From the IMG/VR virus record IMGVR_UViG_3300034062_002027: 64,000 bases of DNA; one strand, written 5' to 3'. This stretch comes from a virus. Below, piece after piece: positions 49,454 through 59,044 of this stretch. The position numbers and the translations under genes were made by a program. The first letter of the stretch is position 1; every line of letters begins with the position of its first letter. The notes under the pieces are model-generated. The model saw only the letters and a list, made by a program, of their open reading frames with translations. It was not told where the DNA came from and made no database searches.

Positions 49454-50830
49454 TTAAAATTTATTGAAAAACGGACTTAAAGCATAACCTACTTTTTGCT
49501 GTACGTTGGTGGAGATTGTTTGGCCGACTACACCGTTTCGCGGAACAAAATGTATATCGCCATTAGGCGCAAGGACGCCGCCAGCGTATGCGTCTAATAT
49601 CGTGTAAACCAATGAATAAGTTGAGACTACTCCAGCAGCAGATATTTTCTGACCTCGGTTGGCGTTATAAGAAACAAAATGTATATCACCGTTGGGAGCA
49701 AGGACACCGCCAGCGTATGCCTCACTTCTTGTGTACACTAGCGAGTAGGTAGAGACTACACCCGCTGCTGATATTTTTTGGCCTCTGTTTGCGCTTTGCG
49801 GAACAAAATGAATATCACCATTTGGGGCTAGGACGCCGCCTTCGTATGCGTTTGATGCCGTGTACACTAGAGAGTAAGTTGAGACTACTCCAGCAGCAGA
49901 TATTTTCTGACCTACTACTGCGTCAAGTGGAACAAAATGTATGTCTCCATTTGGGGCTAAAACTCCACCTGCGTATGCTCCGCTTGCTGTGTAAACCAAG
50001 CTATACGTTGAAACAACTCCCGCTGCGGATATTTTTTGACCTACTGCTGCGCCATTAGGAACAAAATGTGTATCTCCGTTGGGAGCAAGGACGCCGCCTT
50101 GGTATGCTCCGTTTGCTGTGTAAACAAGTGAATAAGTTGAAACAACACCGGATGCAGAAATCTTCTGTCCTCGTCTGCCGCTAAGAGGCACGAAGTGAAT
50201 ATCTCCGTTGGGGGCGAGGACACCTCCGCTGTATGCAACTGATGTTGTGTAGACCAGTGAATAGGTTGATACAACTCCAGCAGCAGATATCTTCTGCCCT
50301 CTGTTGGCTGAATAAGGTACGAAGTGTATATCCCCATTAGGGGCTAAGACACCGCCAACGTATGCGCTTGCTGTTGTGTACACCAGTGAATACGTACTGA
50401 CAATCCCACCCACACCATTGTTGTTGAACGGCACACCATTGACCACCCCGGCGTCAAGGTACTTCTTCAGGTTTGTCCACTCCACCAGATTGGTGCCGAC
50501 CGATGAGTTGTCCGCTGTGGGCACTGTGCCCTGAGTAGCATCAGCCGGGTAGGTGGTGATAACGTCTTTATCGCCTGCGCTCCAGTTTACGGCAGCGTTG
50601 CTGTTGCTTGATTCAAGGATCGTGGTGCGTGCCAGCGTTGTGCCAGAGGCGGTGTATGTGCCAATGCCGATTTCCCAGTCCGTACCGTCAGTCACGCTGT
50701 AGTACGTGGTGTTCCCATCCCCAACCACGGAGAAGTCTTGGAACCCATCAGCGGCTGTTCCCAGCGTGTACGTGCCAGTGCCCGTTGTGGTCGTTGTTGT
50801 CTTGACCCGGTCGTTCAGAACCAATGCCAT
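49454..50830 (-). CDS. tail fibre / receptor-binding protein paralogue 3 (seven 42-aa repeats, beta-propeller-like)
   Basis: N-terminus [24 protein letters not shown]..., then 7 copies of [43 protein letters not shown]. Confidence 0.7.
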   Translation of the reverse strand: MALVLNDRVKTTTTTTGTGTYTLGTAADGFQDFSVVGDGNTTYYSVTDGTDWEIGIGTYTASGTTLARTTILESSNSNAAVNWSAGDKDVITTYPADATQGTVPTADNSSVGTNLVEWTNLKKYLDAGVVNGVPFNNNGVGGIVSTYSLVYTTASAYVGGVLAPNGDIHFVPYSANRGQKISAAGVVSTYSLVYTTSVAYSGGVLAPNGDIHFVPLSGRRGQKISASGVVSTYSLVYTANGAYQGGVLAPNGDTHFVPNGAAVGQKISAAGVVSTYSLVYTASGAYAGGVLAPNGDIHFVPLDAVVGQKISAAGVVSTYSLVYTASNAYEGGVLAPNGDIHFVPQSANRGQKISAAGVVSTYSLVYTRSEAYAGGVLAPNGDIHFVSYNANRGQKISAAGVVSTYSLVYTILDAYAGGVLAPNGDIHFVPRNGVVGQTISTNVQQKVGYALSPFFNKF

Positions 50831-50839
50831 GGTGCGTCC

Positions 50840-52228
50840 TTAAAACTTGTTCAGATAGCTGCTCAGGCAGACATCGGATGGGAAGGGGATGGCGGGGCAG
50901 GTAGAGATTTTTTGACCTAAAGCGGCACTATGGGGGATAAAATAAATATCTCCATTAGGTGAGAGAATGCCGCCAATATAAGAACTTCCTGTTGTATAAA
51001 CTAAAGAATAGGTTGAAACTACTCCTGCTGCTGATACTTTCTGGCCTCTTGCGGCGCTGAGTGGAACAAAATGAATATCTCCATTAGGGGCCAATAAGCC
51101 TCCTTGATATGCGTTTCCAGCCGAATAAATTAATGAGTACGTAGAAACCACACCTGCCACTGATACTTTTTGCCCAATAAGATTATCTGTACTTGGAATA
51201 AAATGAATATCCCCGTTGGGGGCTAGAACGCCACCAGTATAAGCACTAGATGCTGTATAAATTAACGAATAAGTTGAAACAACCCCCGCTGCTGATATTT
51301 TTTGACCAACTTCTGCGCTTTTTGGAACAAAATGAATATCTCCATTGGGTGCTAAGACTCCGCCTTTATAAGCGCCGTTTATTGTATAAACTAAACTATA
51401 AGTAGAAACTACGCCTACTGCCGATACTTTCTGCCCTTTATTTGCATCTTCTGGAATAAAATGTATATCCCCGTTAGGCGCAAGTACGCCGCCAGCATAG
51501 GCGCTTCCCGCTGTATAAACAAGGGAGTATGTAGAAACAACGCCAGATGAATTTACTTTTTGACCTCCGACGGCAAAAGCAGGTACAAAATGAATATCGC
51601 CATTTGCGGCCAATACACCACCTTTATAAGCATTTGCTCTTGTGTAAACAAGTGAGTATGTAGAAACAACTCCAGTTAAAGTGTTTATTTTCTGACCTAT
51701 GTTGGCAGATAGAGGAACAAAATATATATCGCCGTTAGGTGCGAGTACGCCTCCTGTATATGCTCCAGTTGTTGTATAAATCAAAGAATACGTACTAACA
51801 ATCCCCGCTGTATCATTGTTATTAAACGCCACACCGCCGTTCACGCTGAGCTGGAGCTTCTTCTGGAAGTTCTGGAACGCAACGCCGTCCGTGCCAATGC
51901 TGCTGTTGTCTGCTGTAGCGTTTGCCAAGCCCGACGTTTCCGCAGGCAGGGGAATAAATACCGTCTTGTCACCAGCACCCCAGTTGACCAACGCACCGCT
52001 GTTGCTAGATGCAAACACCTGTTGACGGCTCAGGGTCGTGCCCGATACCGTGTAAGTGCCGATCCCAACTTCCCAGTCAATATTGTTTGTAATGGTGTAG
52101 TAGGTTTGGTTGCCGTCGCCGACGTTGGTGAAGTCTTGGTAGCCAACAGAGGCCGCTCCAAGCGTAAGCGTGCCAGTCCCTGTGGTGGTCGTGGTGACCT
52201 GAACGCGATCTTTGAGTAAGAATGTCAT
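50840..52228 (-). CDS. tail fibre / receptor-binding protein paralogue 2 (AT-rich repeat domain)
   Basis: Start at [20 protein letters not shown] (52228). It has seven repeats as in the other paralogues. The repeat-coding part (~50840-51830) is visibly more AT-rich than the surrounding sequence. Confidence 0.7.
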   Translation of the reverse strand: MTFLLKDRVQVTTTTTGTGTLTLGAASVGYQDFTNVGDGNQTYYTITNNIDWEVGIGTYTVSGTTLSRQQVFASSNSGALVNWGAGDKTVFIPLPAETSGLANATADNSSIGTDGVAFQNFQKKLQLSVNGGVAFNNNDTAGIVSTYSLIYTTTGAYTGGVLAPNGDIYFVPLSANIGQKINTLTGVVSTYSLVYTRANAYKGGVLAANGDIHFVPAFAVGGQKVNSSGVVSTYSLVYTAGSAYAGGVLAPNGDIHFIPEDANKGQKVSAVGVVSTYSLVYTINGAYKGGVLAPNGDIHFVPKSAEVGQKISAAGVVSTYSLIYTASSAYTGGVLAPNGDIHFIPSTDNLIGQKVSVAGVVSTYSLIYSAGNAYQGGLLAPNGDIHFVPLSAARGQKVSAAGVVSTYSLVYTTGSSYIGGILSPNGDIYFIPHSAALGQKISTCPAIPFPSDVCLSSYLNKF

Positions 52229-52230
52229 GG

Positions 52231-53616
52231 TCAGAACTTGTTCAAAAATGAGCTGAGGCACACGCCCAAGCCCAAAGGTTGACCGGGATTTGTGGAGATT
52301 GTTTGGCCCCTATTGGCAACGTCTGGAACAAAGTGTATATCACCGTTGGGAGCAAGAACACCTCCAGCGTATGTGCTTGTTGCTGTGTAGACGAGAGAGT
52401 ATGTACTTACAACCCCAGAGGCAGATATTTTCTGGCCTACGTTGGCACTAGCCGAAACAAAATGTATGTCTCCATTTGGGGCTAGGACGCCGCCTTGGTA
52501 TGCGGATGTTGTTGTATAAACTAAAGAGTAGGTTGATACAACCCCAGATGGAGATATTTTTTGACCTTGGTTGGCGCTATAAGGCACAAAGTATATATCT
52601 CCGTTAGGAGCAAGCACGCCACCTTCGTATGCGGATGTTGTTGTATAAACTAAAGAGTAGGTTGATACAACACCTGTAGCTGAAATCTTTTGTCCAACAG
52701 CAGCATTTCTCGGGACAAAATGAATGTCTCCGTTGGGGGCGAGAACCCCACCAGCGTATGCGGCTGATTCTGTATAAACAAGAGAATACGTTGAAACAAC
52801 ACCCGCAACAGATATTTTCTGTCCTCGGTTGGCATTATACGGAACGAAATGAATATCACCGCTAGGTGCAAGGACGCCGCCTTGGTATGCGGTTGTTGTG
52901 GTGTAGACAAGCGAATACGTACTCACAACTCCAGAGGCAGAGATTTTCTGGCCTCTGTTTGCGCCTGAAGGAATAAAATGAATATCTCCGTTAGGGGCAA
53001 GCACCCCGCCTTGGTATGCGCCTGTTGATGTATAAACCAATGAATAAGTAGAAACTACTCCAGCAGCGGATATCTTCTGGCCTCTGTTGGCGCTACGAGG
53101 CACAAAGTAAATATCCCCATTAGGGGCAAGTACGCCGCCAACGTATGCGCCCCCAGCATTTGTATAAACCAAACTGTAAGTGCTGACGATTCCGTTCGTG
53201 CCGTTGTTGTTGAACGTCTGCCCACCTACAACACCTTGGTTTAGCGCAGCCTGCAAAGCTGACCAGCCTGCCAGATCGGCGCCAATGTCCGAGTCGTCGC
53301 AAAAAGGAATGCCCGGTTGAGTGACCGCCGAGGGTTGAGCGCACAGCACGTCCTTGGTTCCAGCACCCCAGTTCACCAGAGCGTTGGAGTTGGATGAGGC
53401 GTAGACCTGATCTCGGCTCAAGGTGGTTCCTGACGCTGTGTACGTCCCCAGACCTGTTTCCCAGTTGATTTGGTCTGTGATCAGGTAGTACGTGGTGTTG
53501 GCGTCGCCAATGGCGGAGAAAGCCTGATACCCAGTTGCAGCAGCGCCGAGCGTGAGTGTCCCCGTACCAGTCGTCGTGGTTGTGGACTTGACGCGGTTTT
53601 TGAGGACGAGAGCCAT
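52231..53616 (-). CDS. tail fibre / receptor-binding protein paralogue 1
   Basis: Start at [20 protein letters not shown] (53616, TAATG overlap with the upstream stop). Seven repeats. Confidence 0.7.
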   Translation of the reverse strand: MALVLKNRVKSTTTTTGTGTLTLGAAATGYQAFSAIGDANTTYYLITDQINWETGLGTYTASGTTLSRDQVYASSNSNALVNWGAGTKDVLCAQPSAVTQPGIPFCDDSDIGADLAGWSALQAALNQGVVGGQTFNNNGTNGIVSTYSLVYTNAGGAYVGGVLAPNGDIYFVPRSANRGQKISAAGVVSTYSLVYTSTGAYQGGVLAPNGDIHFIPSGANRGQKISASGVVSTYSLVYTTTTAYQGGVLAPSGDIHFVPYNANRGQKISVAGVVSTYSLVYTESAAYAGGVLAPNGDIHFVPRNAAVGQKISATGVVSTYSLVYTTTSAYEGGVLAPNGDIYFVPYSANQGQKISPSGVVSTYSLVYTTTSAYQGGVLAPNGDIHFVSASANVGQKISASGVVSTYSLVYTATSTYAGGVLAPNGDIHFVPDVANRGQTISTNPGQPLGLGVCLSSFLNKF

Positions 53617-54653
53617 TACGAGACGTTTCCAGTGATGACACAAACTGTGCCAGAAATGAACAAGATGTTGCACACGCCACGAGTAGACAGCGTAACAGAT
53701 GCCACATCAGTGTCTGTCCCGGCAATGTAGGCTGTGGTGATCGTGCAAGTAACCGTGATGTCACCAGTGGTGTTGTTGAACACCAGCACCGCATCACCAG
53801 CCGCAAAGGTTGCGTCAGGGATTGTGATTGAGCCACCAGTGCCCACGCCAACCACCTCACCAACATCGCCAACAGCCAACGAGTAAGAAGTGGTCTTGTC
53901 TGTCACATATGGGATGTTCTTGTAGCCGACCAGATTGGTGCCATCAACAGTTGTTGAACTGGCCGACCCCACCTTGATTAGTTTCCCGGTCGTGCCATCA
54001 AACGCTACAAGGACGTTGTTCGTGGCGGATGCCGGTCCCACCACGTCGCCCGCCCCTACCCCAGTTGCAGCAATCGTAATAGACCCATCGCCATTGGTAA
54101 TCGCAATATTAGCGCCTTGAGTCAAAGTGGCTTTTGTCAATCCGCCCGCTGCGTTACCAATCAATAGTTGGCCGCTAGTGTAGGTAGACTCGCCTGTTCC
54201 ACCATTAGCTTCAGGTAATACGCCACTTACGTCCGAAGTAAGCACCACTGGGTTGCTGACGATTTTGACGAAATCAGAGCCGTTCCACGCCACCAGCGCC
54301 CGTGCGCCTGCGGGAAGCGTTACCCCAGTCGTTGGGCCTGCACCACGGATGACGATAGAGCCTGTACCCGCGTTGATCACGATGTAGGGCTTGCTCTGAG
54401 CAGGCGCTGTAATGTTGCGTGTCGTGGCTCCGTTACTGGCTGTCCAACGAATAATCGCCTGACGGGCTTGGTTGGCCGCAAGGACTGTGGTGGTCAGCGT
54501 AACGTCTGCGTCCGCGCTCAGGGTAGTTGTACCCGCAACGGCGGAGTCCACCAGCGAGGTGATCGAGTCGTTGACAACGTCGCCCCATGTGCCGTCAAGT
54601 TCGCCTTCAACCGGCAGTGCCAGTCCAAGCAGCGTGGTATTTCCTGTTGTCAT
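53616..54653 (-). CDS. tail fibre/spike protein (345 aa)
   Basis: The N-terminus LLGLALPVEGELDGTWGDVVNDSITSLVDSAVAG is a common fibre N-terminal signature. The remainder is G/T/V-rich and beta-like. Confidence 0.6.
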   Translation of the reverse strand: MTTGNTTLLGLALPVEGELDGTWGDVVNDSITSLVDSAVAGTTTLSADADVTLTTTVLAANQARQAIIRWTASNGATTRNITAPAQSKPYIVINAGTGSIVIRGAGPTTGVTLPAGARALVAWNGSDFVKIVSNPVVLTSDVSGVLPEANGGTGESTYTSGQLLIGNAAGGLTKATLTQGANIAITNGDGSITIAATGVGAGDVVGPASATNNVLVAFDGTTGKLIKVGSASSTTVDGTNLVGYKNIPYVTDKTTSYSLAVGDVGEVVGVGTGGSITIPDATFAAGDAVLVFNNTTGDITVTCTITTAYIAGTDTDVASVTLSTRGVCNILFISGTVCVITGNVS

Positions 54654-54662
54654 TTACGACTC

Positions 54663-55412
54663 CTAAGTAACAACATCAACCCATGATGTTGACTGTGTAT
54701 TGGTGATATTTTGCCAGTTGGCGTTTTGAATGTCATCCACTGGCTCCCAGAACCTTCTGCCTGATTGCGTTTCGGTGATTGCCGCCGTCTCTGACCGACT
54801 CACGTTGTACGCCGTAATTGCAAATTCCTGTGCTGTCAGCGCCGCCAACTCGTTGATTGAGGCAACAAACGCGACAGCCGCTTCTTGTGTGGCCGTTGCC
54901 TCTGTGGTCTCATCAACCGATACCAAAAACTCAGCCGCGCCCTCTTCCGCAGAAGTAATTCCCACGGACTCGTCAACCGACTCATTGAAAGCGGAGCCAA
55001 CAATTTGATTGTCAGTAACCCCAGCGCTCTCATTTACCGATAGGGCAAACGTGGCTGCAATAATTTGATCTTCTGCAATCGCCACACTTTCGGAAACTGC
55101 AAAAGCAAATGTGGCTGCAACCGCTTGGGATTCAGCAAGGCCCGAAGTTTCCGACACAGAGACTGTATACGCCACTACGGCAGTTTGGTCTTCTGCAATA
55201 CCCGCACTCTCCGCAACAACAGCCGAAAACCCCACGGCAACAGACTGATCTTCTGTAGCTGCAACGCTCTCAGCAACTGACAGCGCAAATGTAGCAACAA
55301 CTGTCTGAACTTCTGTGATTGAGACGGACTCAGATACGCTGTCGCTGAAAGCAGTAATACCGCCCCAGCCACCAGCGCCCCAAGTTCCTATGCCCCAAGC
55401 ACGTCCGGCCAT
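54663..55412 (-). CDS. structural protein with ten tandem 20-aa repeats
   Basis: After MAGRAWGIGTWGAGGWGG there are ten units of the type F-xxSVxES-xxIxEDQ-xxxAx, with an aromatic residue every 20 aa (coding ~54750-55349). Confidence 0.6.
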   Translation of the reverse strand: MAGRAWGIGTWGAGGWGGITAFSDSVSESVSITEVQTVVATFALSVAESVAATEDQSVAVGFSAVVAESAGIAEDQTAVVAYTVSVSETSGLAESQAVAATFAFAVSESVAIAEDQIIAATFALSVNESAGVTDNQIVGSAFNESVDESVGITSAEEGAAEFLVSVDETTEATATQEAAVAFVASINELAALTAQEFAITAYNVSRSETAAITETQSGRRFWEPVDDIQNANWQNITNTQSTSWVDVVT

Positions 55413-55414
55413 GA

Positions 55415-55978
55415 TTAGGTCAGAGTTGCAGAGTAGCTGACAGCAATTGAGTCACCGTTTACAACGGCCTTCGAGCTGGAAAAATCGCCAGCCGAAAACA
55501 ATGTGCCCGTGGTGTTGTCAATTGTTGCGCTGCCACCAATGTTGATGAAGCAGCCAGCCACCGTGCCTGTCGATGTGATCGAGAAGGTGGAAGCCGAAGA
55601 TGTGGCCTTGCTACCAGCAGCGGCAGCGCTAAACGATGGAGTCTTGCGGTTGCCAGAGTATGTGGGGGCGTTAGCCAGACCCACTTCCAGCCAGCTTGCG
55701 TGCGAGGCTTGGGTGTCCGCTACGTCGGCAGTGCCAACGCCTTTCAAGCCCATCACCACAGCGCCAGCAGCAGAGTTGCCAAGGATGGTGTCCAGCGTCA
55801 GATTCTTGCCCACGGTTGTCACCAAGTTCTTGATGTCGTCTTCCCACTTGACGTTACCCTGCGCGTCGTAGCAGACAGCGTGGTACGAGCCTTGAATGCT
55901 CATCTGGTCAGCGGGTTTTGTGTTGTAGCTGCAAGCAGCCTCCACCTTGTCAGTGGCATTGATGCGGTCTGTGGTCAT
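55415..55978 (-). CDS. virion structural protein (187 aa)
   Basis: ORF in the tail/connector module, S/T/G/A-rich and beta-like. Confidence 0.5.
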   Translation of the reverse strand: MTTDRINATDKVEAACSYNTKPADQMSIQGSYHAVCYDAQGNVKWEDDIKNLVTTVGKNLTLDTILGNSAAGAVVMGLKGVGTADVADTQASHASWLEVGLANAPTYSGNRKTPSFSAAAAGSKATSSASTFSITSTGTVAGCFINIGGSATIDNTTGTLFSAGDFSSSKAVVNGDSIAVSYSATLT

Positions 55979-55987
55979 GGTGACTCC

Positions 55988-56401
55988 TTAAATTGAACTG
56001 CGAATGAGTGCCGTCGTTGCAGTGTTTTGCGGCATGGTGATGGTGAAGCTGGCCGATGTCTTGTCCGAACCAAAGTCCAGCACGGCGATAGACCGGTTGG
56101 CCTTGCTTGCGTTGTAGATCAAAGCGCAGCGTGCAGTTACCGAAGCCCCAAACGCCACGTTGTTGAAGTTGACGTAGGCCGTGTAGCCGGAGGAGCTGAT
56201 AGTCACGCCGGTCAAGGTTACGCCGCCAGCCACATAGCCTGTACCCGTTACTTCGTTGGAAGCTGAATACGCAGTGGTGTCCTCGTTGAGGTTTGCATTG
56301 GCCGTGTACAGCGCAATACGCAGAGTGTCCGTGAGCAGATTGTGAATGCCCTCGTACAACTCCGCCTTGAAGCTGGTGGTCTGTGTCTGAACGATGCTCA
56401 T
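55988..56401 (-). CDS. virion structural protein (137 aa)
   Basis: ORF coupled (ATGA) to the upstream gene. Composition is similar to the 187-aa neighbour. Confidence 0.5.
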   Translation of the reverse strand: MSIVQTQTTSFKAELYEGIHNLLTDTLRIALYTANANLNEDTTAYSASNEVTGTGYVAGGVTLTGVTISSSGYTAYVNFNNVAFGASVTARCALIYNASKANRSIAVLDFGSDKTSASFTITMPQNTATTALIRSSI

Positions 56402-57057
56402 TGGACCGCCGTTCTAACTTGGCCGTTGCGGTACGCGTCACCGCGCTGCTTGCCGTCTGCCAAGTTCTTGTACAGGGCAACTGCCTGAACGTACCGTTCT
56501 TGGTACAGCTTGACCATGTCGGGCTCACCCTTCATGTAGGTCAGCGCCTCGTTCATGGTGCCGTACAAAAGAACAGAGTCAAAGTTGTCGCCCAGCCAAG
56601 TGCGGCCATCAGCAGCGTCCACAATCGACTCAGGGTAGGCGTAGTAGTGCAGCTCAGCGTTGTAAGCGGCATCAGGTGTCGGGCCGAGGATCAACGTCAG
56701 CTCGTCTTCATTGTCCGAGCGAGGACCGAAGATGGCGTAGTGCTTGGGCTTACCTGTGGTAGCCGGATTGGGGTACGCCTGCCGGATGAAGTTCACATCC
56801 TTGTCCAGCAGATATTCATACGAGCCGCCAGCAGCAGGGTAGATCGCCAAGCTGAACACGGACAAGAAGTCCACCGGGCACTGAAGGTACTTGTTCCCCG
56901 CCGTCAACGATCCAGTCACGTTCTTGCGCTGGTTGGCAGGCTGAGCGACGTTGAAGATGCGCTGCTCCGCTTGCCGGATGAACGTGTCCATGTCTACCGT
57001 CGAGAACACGTTCTCACAGTAGTTGGAAACAGCGGTGACCAGTTCGTTGTACGTCAT
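56398..57057 (-). CDS. virion structural protein (219 aa)
   Basis: ORF in the connector/tail module. No enzymatic motif. Confidence 0.5.
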   Translation of the reverse strand: MTYNELVTAVSNYCENVFSTVDMDTFIRQAEQRIFNVAQPANQRKNVTGSLTAGNKYLQCPVDFLSVFSLAIYPAAGGSYEYLLDKDVNFIRQAYPNPATTGKPKHYAIFGPRSDNEDELTLILGPTPDAAYNAELHYYAYPESIVDAADGRTWLGDNFDSVLLYGTMNEALTYMKGEPDMVKLYQERYVQAVALYKNLADGKQRGDAYRNGQVRTAVQ

Positions 57058-57060
57058 TTT

Positions 57061-57327
57061 TTACGCCATCGGGCCTCGGGCCATGATGCCTTTGGTAGCA
57101 GCGCCAGTGCCACGGATTTTGATGCCGCTGGTCTTGGTGCCCATGCCGTCAGGCTTGTTGCTGATGCCGCCCACGCTCATATTTACCGTGTCGGCATTGC
57201 TGCGGTTTGGCTCTTTACCGGGGCTGCTGGATGCTTTGACAACCTTGCCCTTCATGGTGTGAGGTTCTGCGTAGACGCTGGCTTGACCAACTTCTTTACC
57301 CATCATTTTGTGACTGAATTTAGCCAT
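57061..57327 (-). CDS. small basic virion protein (88 aa)
   Basis: Start at MAKFSHKMMGKE (AAGGAAA RBS). The C-terminus GIKIRGTGAATKGIMARGPMA resembles the basic protein family at 58.7-60.7 kb. Confidence 0.5.
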   Translation of the reverse strand: MAKFSHKMMGKEVGQASVYAEPHTMKGKVVKASSSPGKEPNRSNADTVNMSVGGISNKPDGMGTKTSGIKIRGTGAATKGIMARGPMA

Positions 57328-57337
57328 GTCGTTTCCT

Positions 57338-57721
57338 TCAAGATATTGCAACTGTACCAACAAACGCTGTCGCTACCAAGTAGTTCTGCGTCAGGGCTAC
57401 GTCAAAAAAACTGGCCCCACCCACAGGGTTCCAGCCCCACTGAATGTCCCTTGAGCCGCCCGACAAGTTGCCCTCGTCGTTTAAACCAGAGGTCACGTAG
57501 GTTGTGTCCCTGCGTGGGTTCCTAAGCGCCTGTGGGTCATCCACAGGGAACGTGCCAAGCATCAACTGCGGCTGATCAGGGTCCCAGCACTCCGGGCACA
57601 CCAGCAGCTCGTACTTGCGCTGCTTGATGATCTCTGTCTTGAGCTGCTTGAGCTTAAACTGCTGCCCGCAGCGGTCGCACATGGCAATCGCTTTGTGACC
57701 TGCTGCAAACCGGTTTGACAT
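57338..57721 (-). CDS. zinc-ribbon virion protein (127 aa)
   Basis: CDRCGQQF...CPECWDP. Coupled to the upstream gene. Confidence 0.5.
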   Translation of the reverse strand: MSNRFAAGHKAIAMCDRCGQQFKLKQLKTEIIKQRKYELLVCPECWDPDQPQLMLGTFPVDDPQALRNPRRDTTYVTSGLNDEGNLSGGSRDIQWGWNPVGGASFFDVALTQNYLVATAFVGTVAIS

Positions 57722-58425
57722 CAGTAGCCACCGCTTCCTATGCGAGTGGCGCGTGGCACAAACCTGACTGCAGCCTTCTCACGGTCTTCGGACGAGGCGA
57801 GGTCCCAAGCTTCGTCGTATTGTTGCTTCAAAATTGGCAGGCGGTCCATCGACCCCGGAATTTTCAGCGCAAGGTGGTAAGCCAGCCCAGCCGTCATAGC
57901 CTCATAGAAGCGAAAAGGCATATCCATTGTGTTTACACCGCCCCCAGCGTCTTGCATGCGGCGCAGACGCCAGTACACAAACACGTAAGGCTGCGAGTTG
58001 TCTGGAACGGGCCAGACGTTTATTCGGGGGGAGTCAGTCAAGCGTTCAATCCAAACCTGAATTGGACGGGCTTGCTGGAGCTTGTTAGGAATCGTGGCGT
58101 ATGTAGAGACACTGATCCGGGTGATGGTCAGGTCTGCTTGTGTTGAAACGTTACCCGCGCCCGTGCGGATGACGTGCTCCAAAAGGTCCACTGTGTCCGC
58201 AGGAAGGTTGTACGTTGCTTGGCCGGGGGTCAAATTAATCGACCCCTGCTCATACGTGAACATGTTTAAACCACGATTTGCCCACTGGGCGAACATCAGG
58301 TTCATGGATCGACTGGCCGTGCGTAAGTCGTAGCCCGTGCGCAACTCACCACCAGCGCGTTCAAACGCTTCCTCCACGATCTCCGTGAGGTCCATGTTAA
58401 ACGCTGCTGTGCCTGATGTTGCCAT
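57721..58425 (-). CDS. putative head-tail adaptor/connector protein (234 aa)
   Basis: The N-terminus FNMDLTEIVEEAFERAGGELRTGYDLRTASRSMNLMFAQWANRGLN is a pattern I recall from podovirus adaptor proteins. Positioned between the head and tail genes. Confidence 0.45.
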   Translation of the reverse strand: MATSGTAAFNMDLTEIVEEAFERAGGELRTGYDLRTASRSMNLMFAQWANRGLNMFTYEQGSINLTPGQATYNLPADTVDLLEHVIRTGAGNVSTQADLTITRISVSTYATIPNKLQQARPIQVWIERLTDSPRINVWPVPDNSQPYVFVYWRLRRMQDAGGGVNTMDMPFRFYEAMTAGLAYHLALKIPGSMDRLPILKQQYDEAWDLASSEDREKAAVRFVPRATRIGSGGY

Positions 58426-58658
58426 TATCTAAAACCTGCTGTTTTCTTTGCGATGGTCTTGGGCTGGGCCACAAACTGTTTACCCGCCGCCTTGCCAGCA
58501 CGTTTGGCTTTTGTGGTGGCTGCATACTCTGCGGGGCTGAGCGATTTTATCGCCTTCTCCGGTAAATACCGCTCACCAGTTTTTGAAGACGGCTTCCCAC
58601 TCTTGGTGCGCCATTTCTGGTCGCCCCAGTCTTTGAGGGATTGCTGGGGAGCCTTCAT
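58425..58658 (-). CDS. small basic protein (77 aa)
   Basis: K/A-rich. The motif GERYLPEKAIKSLSPAEYAATTKAKRAGKAAGKQFVAQP is recognisable as a recurrent small phage/bacterial protein. Confidence 0.5.
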   Translation of the reverse strand: MKAPQQSLKDWGDQKWRTKSGKPSSKTGERYLPEKAIKSLSPAEYAATTKAKRAGKAAGKQFVAQPKTIAKKTAGFR

Positions 58659-58763
58659 TTAGTCGTCCGCCAGCAGGCCAGCTTCTTCCAATTCCAAATC
58701 CTGCAAGACTTCTTCAGTCCCACAAGTGCAAGGGCCGTCTTCATGTACGGCGCAATCTTCCAT
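58659..58763 (-). CDS. tiny acidic peptide (34 aa), doubtful
   Basis: Hand translation MEDCAVHEDGPCTCGTEEVLQDLELEEAGLLADD. It fills the gap between two genes exactly. Confidence 0.3.
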   Translation of the reverse strand: MEDCAVHEDGPCTCGTEEVLQDLELEEAGLLADD

Positions 58764-58767
58764 ATGA

Positions 58768-59043
58768 TTAGTCACGATAACTACCTCCTGCGGCTTTGTA
58801 TTTCTTTGCTACAAGCTGAGCTTTACGGGCTGACCACTGGCCTGCGCCGGTGCCCTGTGTTGCGGCAGCTTTCACTTGGCTGACAATCCGCTTGCGCAGA
58901 TCGGGCTTGGTGTAATTGCCAGCCGCATTGACTTTACCGCCTTCAGCATATTGCGTGAAGTTGGTGTTGTCCCGGCGAGCTTTACGCACGCCTTTGGGCA
59001 TCTTTGAGGGGAGGATGTCTCCCATGCCGCGACTGGCTCTCAT
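58768..59043 (-). CDS. small basic protein (91 aa)
   Basis: YAEGGKVNAAGNYTKPDLRKRIVSQVKAAATQGTGAGQWSARKAQLVAKKYKAAGGSY. Confidence 0.5.
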   Translation of the reverse strand: MRASRGMGDILPSKMPKGVRKARRDNTNFTQYAEGGKVNAAGNYTKPDLRKRIVSQVKAAATQGTGAGQWSARKAQLVAKKYKAAGGSYRD

Positions 59044-59044
59044 G

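Noticed and set aside
49454-54653. Diversity-generating retroelement targeting the fibre genes.
   Set aside because: I recognised no reverse transcriptase ORF and no template/variable repeat pair with adenine-specific differences anywhere in the window.
56383-57525. Long alternative-frame or antisense ORFs: 56383-57525 (+), 60992-62029 (+), 10351-11292 (-), 23603-24469 (-), 53120-53872 (-), 8597-9280 (-) and 19496-20110 (-).
   Set aside because: Such ORFs are typical of GC-rich DNA. Each is fully overlapped by genes with recognisable motifs, coupling or RBSs on the other strand or frame. Their products are Arg/Gly/Pro/Cys-rich and low in complexity.
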